From a virus (Duplodnaviria; Caudoviricetes): 31,628 nt of DNA. A program made the translations under genes and the position numbers. Under the pieces are notes generated by a model. That model had not been told where the DNA came from. It was given only the letters and a program-made list of their open reading frames with translations, and did not search any database. Within the stretch, counting starts at the first letter, position 1; each line of letters begins with the position of its first letter. Location: positions 1-31,628 of IMG/VR virus record IMGVR_UViG_3300027906_000079. One strand, written 5' to 3'. Below, one piece after another: positions 6,787 to 14,796 of the stretch.

Positions 6787-8293
6787 ATGGATAGCTCCTT
6801 TCATAGCTCATTGGTTCAACAATATGTAATGATTCTTTTGCTCTAGTTACAGCAACATAAAATAGTCTGTGTGATTCGTCTGGATCGTATTCTGATGCGT
6901 CAACACTTGCTTTAGTTATGTCAGGCAATAGTAAAACGTTGTCTGCTTCACCACCCTTTGCCGCGTGTATTGATTTAAAAATAATACGTGGCGTTTCTAA
7001 AATATTTTCTCCTCGTGCTAACATTGCCCTTATATAATTCTCAGTATAATTATCCAACTCATTAAATGCTTCATACCAAACAGCGTTTGTTTTTAATCCG
7101 TGTTCCGCGATGCAGTCTTCAATAGTATAGCTTCCTTCTTTATTTAAAGTATTCGCCTTTCTGTATCCCATAGTAACATTGTTTCCCAGATAATTATATA
7201 TATTTTTAATTAAAATAGGTTCAATGACACCACCTTTTCGCCAGCGCTCCCATCTCTGAATGGCCTGCACTAACTCTACTGGAGCCGCGTTTTTCCCTCT
7301 TGAGTTTCTATAATACCAACCGTTATCCTCGCAATGCTCACAAACAGGATCAAAGAAATGGTGTGCGGAGGCCAATACTAGCCACTCACCTTTTGACATA
7401 TCCACATCCGTTACATTATTGTGATAGCTTAGCTCACCGGACTGACCATCTTTTGGTTTATATTCTTTATTATACTTATTGGTTATTCTGGAACGGATGC
7501 TTTGTGCCAATTCAAATATTGGTCCTGATGGGACACGAAAAGATTTATCTAATGTTTCTACGTGATCAACTTCATCTTTTAATGCAATAAAATGATCGAC
7601 GTCTGCACCAGCCCATTTGAAAATAGCTTGGTCATCATCACCTGCTATATATGTTTTGTCTGAATTGTCCCACATAGCTCTAACCATGGCCCATTGTAAT
7701 GGACTCAAGTCCTGTGCTTCATCTATAAATAACACCTCAAACTTAGGACTTAGTTTCTTATTAACAAACATTTGAATCATGTCGTTGTAGTCATACATAC
7801 CTTTTTCTTTCTTATATTTAGTGTATTCCTGATCTAAAAGGTACAAAACATCCCTCTCTACGTCCACCAGGTGCTCATTTCTGTCGTAAATTGTCATCAC
7901 ATCGGTCATAGACACCCTAGCTTTGTTAATTAAGCTTAGATATGCGTTGTCTGAATCAAATAATCCATCAGCATTACTGTGTGCCGCACGCTTAATAGTA
8001 AGACCGTTCTTTGCGCCAAAATCTTTATAGTCTCCTGTACCTACAACTCTTTCTTTCTTTAGACCTGCTAAACCATAAGCAAGTGAATGTAGTGTTCTAA
8101 AAAAAGGTAACTCGTCCTCGTCTAATTTAAACTTTTCCATAGCTCTTGCTTTTGCAACACGAGCTGCGTCTTTAGTAAAAGTAAAATAACCTATCTTCTT
8201 AGTATTAATACCAGACTCAATACATTTCTCTACTAGTTCAAGAAGGGCATAAGTTTTTCCAGTTCCAGGTGGTCCTAAGATAATTGTTTTCAA
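6779..8293 (-). CDS. Superfamily 1 (UvrD/Rep-like) DNA helicase
   Basis: GPPGTGKT, DEAQD, GDDDQAIF, SIHAAKGGE, LFYVAVTRAK; likely TTG start at 8293 with an AGGAG RBS and TTGA overlap. Confidence 0.93.
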   Translation of the reverse strand: MKTIILGPPGTGKTYALLELVEKCIESGINTKKIGYFTFTKDAARVAKARAMEKFKLDEDELPFFRTLHSLAYGLAGLKKERVVGTGDYKDFGAKNGLTIKRAAHSNADGLFDSDNAYLSLINKARVSMTDVMTIYDRNEHLVDVERDVLYLLDQEYTKYKKEKGMYDYNDMIQMFVNKKLSPKFEVLFIDEAQDLSPLQWAMVRAMWDNSDKTYIAGDDDQAIFKWAGADVDHFIALKDEVDHVETLDKSFRVPSGPIFELAQSIRSRITNKYNKEYKPKDGQSGELSYHNNVTDVDMSKGEWLVLASAHHFFDPVCEHCEDNGWYYRNSRGKNAAPVELVQAIQRWERWRKGGVIEPILIKNIYNYLGNNVTMGYRKANTLNKEGSYTIEDCIAEHGLKTNAVWYEAFNELDNYTENYIRAMLARGENILETPRIIFKSIHAAKGGEADNVLLLPDITKASVDASEYDPDESHRLFYVAVTRAKESLHIVEPMSYERSYPYV

Positions 8294-8478
8294 TGTGTGT
8301 TCTCCTGTAACCAATTATGTAATCCGTCTTCTGAAAAGTAAGGAGTACGTCCTACACGAATGTATGGAACATTGAATGTGCCGAGTCGAATTTTGCGTCT
8401 CAAAGTATCCTGTTCAAATCCTCTAGGAATCCCTCGTTCTTCCATCCAATCTCTAACTTTTGCGATGTGTATATACAT
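8290..8478 (-). CDS. Small HTH DNA-binding protein (excisionase/AlpA-like)
   Basis: TLRRKIRLG...PYIRVGRTPYF...LHNWL winged-helix pattern. Confidence 0.65.
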   Translation of the reverse strand: MYIHIAKVRDWMEERGIPRGFEQDTLRRKIRLGTFNVPYIRVGRTPYFSEDGLHNWLQENTH

Positions 8479-10028
8479 TAGAAAGGTTGCTCATCATAAG
8501 TAGTTTCTACTTGAACAGCGCCTTCTTCAAAGTCCCCAAGGGTTACTTTAACCACACGAGGTCTTTTGATTCCATCCTTAGTCATAATCTGAGGTCTGAG
8601 TTCTTCTTCGTATAGATCTAATTCCTGGATTAATTTTCCGGTATCTTTTTTATTCATGTCCCATGCATTCTTTTTCAAAAAGTTTAAGAAAGAATTCATT
8701 TGAAACATTGCACAGTTATCGTCTGTATTAACATAACATTTACCATTAGCTAATTCTTCCAGTTTTGTGGTTCTAGTTCTATTCATAGTGTACTGTAAAA
8801 GTAATTGTCTTAGTTCTAGTTTAGGTTGTAGTGATTCTAATGGTTCTATCTCTGCCACCTCTCCAGCAAACAAAGGTTTTAAATAAACCTCTCTCCAATC
8901 TTTCCCTTTTAAAATAGGTACAACTAAATTAGCTTGCTCCATAACTGCAACAGCAAAAAGATTAGGGTTATGTAGTTGTTCACTTTTTAACTGAACTCTT
9001 TTATCACCAACAGTCAGCAACCATGTGGCTGGTTCAGAACAATACTTCTGTAAATCTTTCAACGGTTCCATCTGTTCTTGCTCAAAACCTACACCAAATT
9101 TTTTAGTTCTACATTTAGCAGGATTACATACGCCACATATAGGTTGATCTTTACATCTATATTTGTCGTAGCCTCTCTTGTTTAATGATCCTATTAAATC
9201 CTTTACTTCTTTAAATGGTAAAGGAGGATCAAAATATTTTTGGTTGCTTTCCATAACAGCGTCTTCCCAACTATCTGGGGTTGCTTGTTTATGAAACACA
9301 CCAATATTAAATAAAGCATTGTTACGAGAACCTTCTCCAAAACCTTCTTCTGCTAATTGGTTTAAACATGGAGGGCCATTCTCAAAAGCTTCTTTTTTAA
9401 CAACCTTTGATTTCTTCACTTTAATTTCATCTATCTGAGTCTCAGTTAAAACTACTTTGTCATACATTTTATAGAAATCTGTTTCTGTTATTGCCTCACC
9501 GTTTGGATCTAATGCATAACGCATTCCTCTGATCCCACCGTGATATGGTAAATTTAAAAAGTTACCTACGTCGCCACGTTCTGCTAATAGTTCTGTTTGT
9601 TTTGGAAATATCTCACTACCTCCAAACCCTAAAGCTTCCGCCATATCTATTAGTTTGGATTGTAGTAATGCTGCTGAAATAAAAGTATTACAAAATAAAA
9701 ATAAATGGGCACCACCAGACTTAGATCTAAATAAAACCAGTGGGAACTTATGGGACTTAATCGAGGCCGCTATAGTTTTGAGATCCACTTTATAATCATC
9801 TACATCAATGCATCCCCACTTACACATATTTTGCTCATTTATGGGTATAACACCGAGTGCGGGCTCTACTCCCTTAAGGTGATCTTGCCACAACTTATCA
9901 GTGACTTGATCCCTTTTAATAAAAGCTTTTGCTTTTTGTTTTCCTTTATCTGTTATGGCTCCTGGTTGAATAACCATTTGTCCATAGGCATTGTTATTGC
10001 CTTCAAAGATTTCCTTAAATTTATCCAT
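8478..10028 (-). CDS. Archaeo-eukaryotic primase (AEP) family primase with PriCT-like and Cys-rich region
   Basis: WGCIDVD, RSKSGGAHLFLF, EIFPKQ, NLPY, PPCL...EGSRNNALF, C..QPIC..C...C; acidic C-terminus EQPF. Confidence 0.88.
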   Translation of the reverse strand: MDKFKEIFEGNNNAYGQMVIQPGAITDKGKQKAKAFIKRDQVTDKLWQDHLKGVEPALGVIPINEQNMCKWGCIDVDDYKVDLKTIAASIKSHKFPLVLFRSKSGGAHLFLFCNTFISAALLQSKLIDMAEALGFGGSEIFPKQTELLAERGDVGNFLNLPYHGGIRGMRYALDPNGEAITETDFYKMYDKVVLTETQIDEIKVKKSKVVKKEAFENGPPCLNQLAEEGFGEGSRNNALFNIGVFHKQATPDSWEDAVMESNQKYFDPPLPFKEVKDLIGSLNKRGYDKYRCKDQPICGVCNPAKCRTKKFGVGFEQEQMEPLKDLQKYCSEPATWLLTVGDKRVQLKSEQLHNPNLFAVAVMEQANLVVPILKGKDWREVYLKPLFAGEVAEIEPLESLQPKLELRQLLLQYTMNRTRTTKLEELANGKCYVNTDDNCAMFQMNSFLNFLKKNAWDMNKKDTGKLIQELDLYEEELRPQIMTKDGIKRPRVVKVTLGDFEEGAVQVETTYDEQPF

Positions 10029-10030
10029 TC

Positions 10031-10183
10031 TTATTTCTTCTTTCTGGGCCGCCCCTTCCTATTTCCGGTCGGTTTGTACGTTGAACTGCATGCATAGCTA
10101 CAGTATTTTTTTTGTCTTTGTTGCACGACGTGAATTGTAAATGTGTCGCCGCACTTAACACATATCTTATCCTCCTTAAACAT
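10031..10183 (-). CDS. 50-aa zinc-finger protein with C-terminal AT-hook; not in the ORF track
   Basis: MFKEDKICVKCGDTFTIHVVQQRQKKYCSYACSSTYKPTGNRKGRPRKKK*; very strong AAGGAGGAG RBS; CxxC...YCSxxC and GRPRK. Confidence 0.8.
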   Translation of the reverse strand: MFKEDKICVKCGDTFTIHVVQQRQKKYCSYACSSTYKPTGNRKGRPRKKK

Positions 10184-10198
10184 ATTCTCCTCCTTTAT

Positions 10199-10229
10199 GA
10201 TAGCAAGGCAGGGGGAGTCCCTTGCTATC
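10199..10229. promoter_or_regulatory. Perfect 10-bp stem-loop downstream of the SSB-like gene
   Basis: gatagcaagg, 11-nt loop cagggggagtc, ccttgctatc; no U-tract on either side. Confidence 0.65.
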
Positions 10230-10237
10230 GTTACTAG

Positions 10238-11026
10238 TTAAAATGGTACGTCAGATTTCTCTTTATCGTTCGCACCCTCTTCGCTAGCTTTTGCTTTAAC
10301 GTCTCCGCTAGAACACGATATAGCAAAACTTTTTGCTGCCTCGTAAAGAGATTTGTCCTGTACTGGACCAACTTTCTCTACACTCCAACCAAACCACGTT
10401 CCTTTGTCATTTGATTGTTGGACAGTTTTCAGCTTATACAAGTGACTATAAGAAGCCGGTGTGAATAGACCATTCTTACCTTTAAGTTTGATTCCATTCA
10501 TCATTGAATTCCATGTTCTACTAACCTTAAGCTGTGTAGATTTCATAGAGATCAATGCTGTTCCCATCTTCTCGTCCATAACATAGTAAGACGCTGTGTT
10601 CTCAAGATAATTACCATTAGGTAATCTATCTTTCCAATCAGCTCCTCGCTTTGCCTGTTCAATAATGCCACTTGATACTGAATGAATCTGTACTGGAGCA
10701 CTTGTGCCCTGGCCACGATCTGACCACTCTACGTATTCACGCTTGTAATAACAAGGCATTACGATTATTCCCTCTTCACCATTATATGTCTCTTTCGTTA
10801 CGGTATTATAAATCATACCTGCTTCAGCGCCTTCAACATACTTTGCATCATGCTTACTGATTTCTGGTGAGAGTTGTCCTAGTACGCGCAAGAATGGTAA
10901 AGCAAAATCATCTGCTCCCATTTCGCTAGCGCCAACTAGTGCGTCTGTTTCAAACATACTGCCCAACGCTACTGCAGTACTTTCTTTTTTCGCTACTTGG
11001 TTCATGTTTAGTTTCTCCTTATTCAT
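10238..11026 (-). CDS. Single-stranded DNA-binding-like protein
   Basis: Position in the replication module, aromatic-rich beta segments (REYVEW, GTWFGW) and an acidic tail ending SDVPF. Confidence 0.7.
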   Translation of the reverse strand: MNKEKLNMNQVAKKESTAVALGSMFETDALVGASEMGADDFALPFLRVLGQLSPEISKHDAKYVEGAEAGMIYNTVTKETYNGEEGIIVMPCYYKREYVEWSDRGQGTSAPVQIHSVSSGIIEQAKRGADWKDRLPNGNYLENTASYYVMDEKMGTALISMKSTQLKVSRTWNSMMNGIKLKGKNGLFTPASYSHLYKLKTVQQSNDKGTWFGWSVEKVGPVQDKSLYEAAKSFAISCSSGDVKAKASEEGANDKEKSDVPF

Positions 11027-11583
11027 GATTTCCGGCCTATTTTTGTTTGATCTTTCACAAAAGTATGAAAGAAATCAGAGGGCATATCGAGGCCGGCCTC
11101 GATACGCTCCCTGTAGAGTGCTTTCAAAGTCATAGGTTCTACCTTCTGCTTCTGCGAGGGCTCATAGCCTTCTTGCACTGCAAGGTCTAACAAATTGTTA
11201 GCCCTTGTATCTTCTCCTTTACCAAAGACTACAGAGACTTCGTTCTTAATGATGTCTCCTAGCCCCTGGTCACGAAGCCATGTGTAAGCTGCGTCCAACG
11301 AGTCTTTTTTTATAGTACAACTATAAGTTTTCTTAACGTCGACTGCTGATCCGTCAGCTAATTTCAAAGATGATAACCCTTGCTCTGCTAGGAGGTTAGG
11401 TATTATCTCTGAAGAAATCTTGTCCGCTTGTTCTTTTAACTCTTTTAAAGAACTCTCTTGCGAACGAATGTCGTCCTCTATGCGAGCTAAGTCTGTACAG
11501 TATTTAGCCAGCGTTGATATGTCTGATTTTTCAATCAGTTCTTGTTGGTCTTTTTCTAAGTCGTCTAATATTAATGTAGTCAT
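11023..11583 (-). CDS. Phage replication-module hypothetical protein (N-terminal coiled coil)
   Basis: 186 aa; coiled coil followed by WLRDQGLGDIIKN and VEPMTLKA motifs that I recall from related phages. Confidence 0.7.
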   Translation of the reverse strand: MTTLILDDLEKDQQELIEKSDISTLAKYCTDLARIEDDIRSQESSLKELKEQADKISSEIIPNLLAEQGLSSLKLADGSAVDVKKTYSCTIKKDSLDAAYTWLRDQGLGDIIKNEVSVVFGKGEDTRANNLLDLAVQEGYEPSQKQKVEPMTLKALYRERIEAGLDMPSDFFHTFVKDQTKIGRKS

Positions 11584-11990
11584 TATCTTCCTTTCTGATG
11601 TAGATCTATACTTAATGGATAGTATGTTCTTTCTCTCTTATCCCATTTTAAAAAATTAAAACAACCATTAGTTATGTCAGACACAATCGCTGTTGATAAA
11701 CCTATGATAGCAGGATCACCTGTACACAGTAAATAATCATGGGGCTCAAAATCTTTTAAGTTCTTTTGCATTTTATGTACAAAAGGACCAGTAGAAAAAA
11801 TCATCTGTGATTTATGAGGTAAACAGATAACTAGATTACCGAACTCGGAGGCACCTAGAATATTAATTGATTCTGGTGGATGTTGTAACACATACACAAG
11901 TGGGTTGTCTGGATTCTCATCTTTAAAGTCTAAAAAATCTGCTAGACTACGGCGATCGTACAGCTCATACACTGTCAAGTTTTTTGTCAT
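11583..11990 (-). CDS. Hypothetical phage protein (alpha/beta)
   Basis: 135 aa with DYLLCTGDPAII motif; first gene of the leftward replication operon; AAGGA RBS. Confidence 0.7.
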   Translation of the reverse strand: MTKNLTVYELYDRRSLADFLDFKDENPDNPLVYVLQHPPESINILGASEFGNLVICLPHKSQMIFSTGPFVHKMQKNLKDFEPHDYLLCTGDPAIIGLSTAIVSDITNGCFNFLKWDKRERTYYPLSIDLHQKGR

Positions 11991-12007
11991 CTATATTCCT
12001 TCTTTAA

Positions 12008-12050
12008 TTCTTGACTTTCAATATAAGGATCATTATATGTATGTCAAGAA
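12008..12050. promoter_or_regulatory. Overlapping face-to-face promoters / inverted repeat between divergent genes
   Basis: Inverted repeat ttcttgac (12008-12015)...gtcaagaa (12043-12050). Minus strand TTGACA-16-TATATT; plus strand TTGACT-17-TATATG. Confidence 0.6.
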
Positions 12051-12067
12051 AGAAAATAAAATAAATT

Positions 12068-13522
12068 ATGATAGACAAGTATAAGTTCAAAACTAAACCA
12101 TTTGAACACCAAATGAAAGCCTTACAAAAGTGTTGGGCCAGGGAATCTTATGCTCTTTTTATGGATATGGGCACAGGAAAATCTAAAGTTTTAGTTGACA
12201 ACATATCCGCGCTCTATGATAGAGGCGCGATCCGCGCTGCGTTAATTATTGCTCCAAAGGGTGTGTATAGAATATGGAGCGACAATGAGATACCAACACA
12301 CATGCCCGATCATATTGAAAAGACAGTAGTTTCTTGGAATGCGTCGATAACAAAGAAGAAACAATTAGAACTTGATACTTTATTTGATGGGGAAACTGAT
12401 CTTAAAGTATTGATAATGAATGTAGAAGCTTTTTCTACAAAGAAAGGACTGGACTTTGCAGATAGATTCCTTAGCATATTTGGTGGACGAGCTTTGATAG
12501 GGATTGATGAATCTACGACGATCAAGAGTCCGACAGCAAAGCGAACAAAAAGCATTTTAAAATTAGGGAAACTCGCGAAGTACCGTAGAATATTAACAGG
12601 CTCTCCAGTTACTAAATCCCCTCTTGACTTATTTACTCAGTGTGAGTTCTTAGATGAGTATCATCTAAATTTTGGATCATACTATGCTTTTAGAAATAGA
12701 CATGCTGTTATGGTCAGACGAACCTTTAGTGGTCGTAGTATTAATTTAGTTGTAGGATATAAAAATATCCCTGAGTTAAGTGCAAAATTAAAACAGTTTT
12801 CATACAGAGTAGCGAAAGAAGAATGCTTAGACTTACCGGCGAAAGTCTATACCAAAAGATCTGTGGAATTAACTAAAGAGCAACAAGAAATATACGACAC
12901 AATGAAGAGAGCTGCTATTGCTCAGTACGACGGCAAGCTTATGACTACTGAATCTGCATTAACAACCTTAATGAGACTACATCAGATTACTTGCGGCACA
13001 TTTAAAGCGGACGACGGTACAATCAAACATCTAAAAAATAATAGAATACAAGCTTTACAAGATTGTCTTGAGGAAGTTGATGGTAAGGTAATAATATGGG
13101 CAACTTACCGTGAAGATATCAAAAAAATAGTTGAATCTTTAAAAAAAGCTTACGGAGATGACTCTACAGTCGAATATCACGGGGGAGTGGATGCTACCCT
13201 CCGCCAGACCAACATTGCTCTATTTCAAGAGAAAAAGGGCCCTACGCGCTATTTCGTCGGAAATCCTCAGACTGGAGGGTACGGAATCACCTTAACAGCT
13301 GCGAACACGGTAATTTATTTTTCAAACAATTATGATCTAGAAAAAAGACTACAATCAGAAGACCGAGCACACCGTATCGGCCAGACTGGCAGTGTTACCT
13401 ACGTTGACTTAGTGGCAGAAAAGACTATAGATGAAAAAATAATTAAAGCTTTAAAAGAAAAGGTGAATTTCGCTAACGATGTTATGGTTGAACAGGATAT
13501 TAAGAAGTGGTTGGATTTCTAA
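12068..13522 (+). CDS. SNF2-family (SF2) helicase
   Basis: MDMGTGKSK, IDES, ILTGSP, LMRLHQI, GGYGITLT, QSEDRAHRIGQ. Confidence 0.93.
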   Translation: MIDKYKFKTKPFEHQMKALQKCWARESYALFMDMGTGKSKVLVDNISALYDRGAIRAALIIAPKGVYRIWSDNEIPTHMPDHIEKTVVSWNASITKKKQLELDTLFDGETDLKVLIMNVEAFSTKKGLDFADRFLSIFGGRALIGIDESTTIKSPTAKRTKSILKLGKLAKYRRILTGSPVTKSPLDLFTQCEFLDEYHLNFGSYYAFRNRHAVMVRRTFSGRSINLVVGYKNIPELSAKLKQFSYRVAKEECLDLPAKVYTKRSVELTKEQQEIYDTMKRAAIAQYDGKLMTTESALTTLMRLHQITCGTFKADDGTIKHLKNNRIQALQDCLEEVDGKVIIWATYREDIKKIVESLKKAYGDDSTVEYHGGVDATLRQTNIALFQEKKGPTRYFVGNPQTGGYGITLTAANTVIYFSNNYDLEKRLQSEDRAHRIGQTGSVTYVDLVAEKTIDEKIIKALKEKVNFANDVMVEQDIKKWLDF

Positions 13523-13989
13523 CCAAGAAGTATCGGTTCGTATGCTGTTCGTCCTTCTATTTTCTTCGCTTGCAGTACTTGTCTGCGCCCTACTTCTGGT
13601 CCTCTTTTCACTGAGCAATGCACCCAACCAGAATTGGGATCAACACCATCATAGAACTCTAGTATTAACTGATCAAATTCACAATTTTCTGTAATCCACG
13701 TTGCGAGCTCCTTGTTGTCAACTCCGCCAATTTCGAAGTCTGCTGCCTCACCCTTGGCATGTTGTGACTTAGACGAAGAGCCGATAGCCTCGCACAACTC
13801 TGGACTGCGATAGCCTGAGGATATCATGACCGGTTTACCAAAGTGCTCGCGCACTGGTTGTAGGACGGCCTCCGCTAGGTGAATAAGATTATTAATCTCC
13901 GCGGTCCCCGGTTCATTATTAATGTTTTTACGTACCGCTGTTTGAGATTTAGTTAGCTCTGCTAGTGAAAAGTTATTTGATAATTTCAT
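13519..13989 (-). CDS. Peptidase M15A family protein (probable endolysin)
   Basis: ISSGYRS, SQHAKGEAAD and GWVH zinc-binding motifs. Confidence 0.9.
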   Translation of the reverse strand: MKLSNNFSLAELTKSQTAVRKNINNEPGTAEINNLIHLAEAVLQPVREHFGKPVMISSGYRSPELCEAIGSSSKSQHAKGEAADFEIGGVDNKELATWITENCEFDQLILEFYDGVDPNSGWVHCSVKRGPEVGRRQVLQAKKIEGRTAYEPILLG

Positions 13990-14555
13990 CCGTTGTACTG
14001 ACCTGACATGTTTGCGTATAGTTGATTAATTAATTCTTCTTGAGACAACTGACCATCCATTCCAGAGTCTTGGTTCAAAGATTGCATTCCTCCTCTTGGA
14101 ACAGGAGTCGGCTGCTGTCCCAGTAATTGAGCGTTACCAATTCCTCCTGGAGGAGTTGGAGATAAGTTATTTTGTTGTGCTGCGCTATAAAGACCTAGAT
14201 GTTGTTGGTTTTGCATTGGACTAGGCATAAAAGGAATAGGCTGCTGTGCCTGTTGTGCGTTGTTTGGCACTAAAACTTCTTGTGTTGTGTAGTTATTATT
14301 TAAACTTTCTCTAATGGTATTAAAAGCACCTGTCATGGCATCATCCATTTCACCAAAGCCTTCGCCAATTACATTCATTACACCTGACATTGCACCTTGT
14401 TGTCTTTGTTGTATTGGCATTGGCTGAGGAAGCATACCCATATTATCCATGTTAGGTAGAGCGGCGGTCCAATAGTTCCCTAGTAAATTTTCTAAGCTGG
14501 CAGGTCCCTGTGTATTCTGAGGCTCAGCGCTTGCTTGCATTGTATTTAATAACAT
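13986..14555 (-). CDS. Low-complexity Q/N/P/M/G-rich protein of unknown function
   Basis: 189 aa, AGGA RBS, ATGA-coupled to the peptidase; contains no Lys or Cys. Confidence 0.7.
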   Translation of the reverse strand: MLLNTMQASAEPQNTQGPASLENLLGNYWTAALPNMDNMGMLPQPMPIQQRQQGAMSGVMNVIGEGFGEMDDAMTGAFNTIRESLNNNYTTQEVLVPNNAQQAQQPIPFMPSPMQNQQHLGLYSAAQQNNLSPTPPGGIGNAQLLGQQPTPVPRGGMQSLNQDSGMDGQLSQEELINQLYANMSGQYNG

Positions 14556-14571
14556 ATCCTATACTATCCAA

Positions 14572-14796
14572 TTAATTGATCATATTCAATAGAGTTTCTA
14601 AAACGACTAAACTAACAGCCCCCACTGTAGTTAAAACAACCCAATAGATTTTGTCTATCTTGCCACCCAATTTCTCAATGTCTTTGTGCACATGGGAGAC
14701 GTCACTCTTTAAATTGTCCAGTTCTCTCTTCACTCCGGTTATATGCCCTTGTATTGAAATTATGTGTTCTCGTTCTGTTTGGGGTTCCATTTCCAT
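14572..14796 (-). CDS. Coiled-coil protein with C-terminal TM helix (holin/XhlA-like)
   Basis: Heptad region followed by IYWVVLTTVGAVSLVVL; near the endolysin. Confidence 0.55.
   Translation of the reverse strand: MEMEPQTEREHIISIQGHITGVKRELDNLKSDVSHVHKDIEKLGGKIDKIYWVVLTTVGAVSLVVLETLLNMIN

Noticed and set aside
4697-6804. Possible HMO-2011-type polymerase with fused DUF3310
   Set aside because: DUF3310 is a separate ORF in a different frame, joined by an ATGA overlap; I saw no convincing frameshift signal.
10199-10229. Hairpin as an intrinsic terminator
   Set aside because: There is no U-tract in either orientation; kept as a regulatory structure instead.
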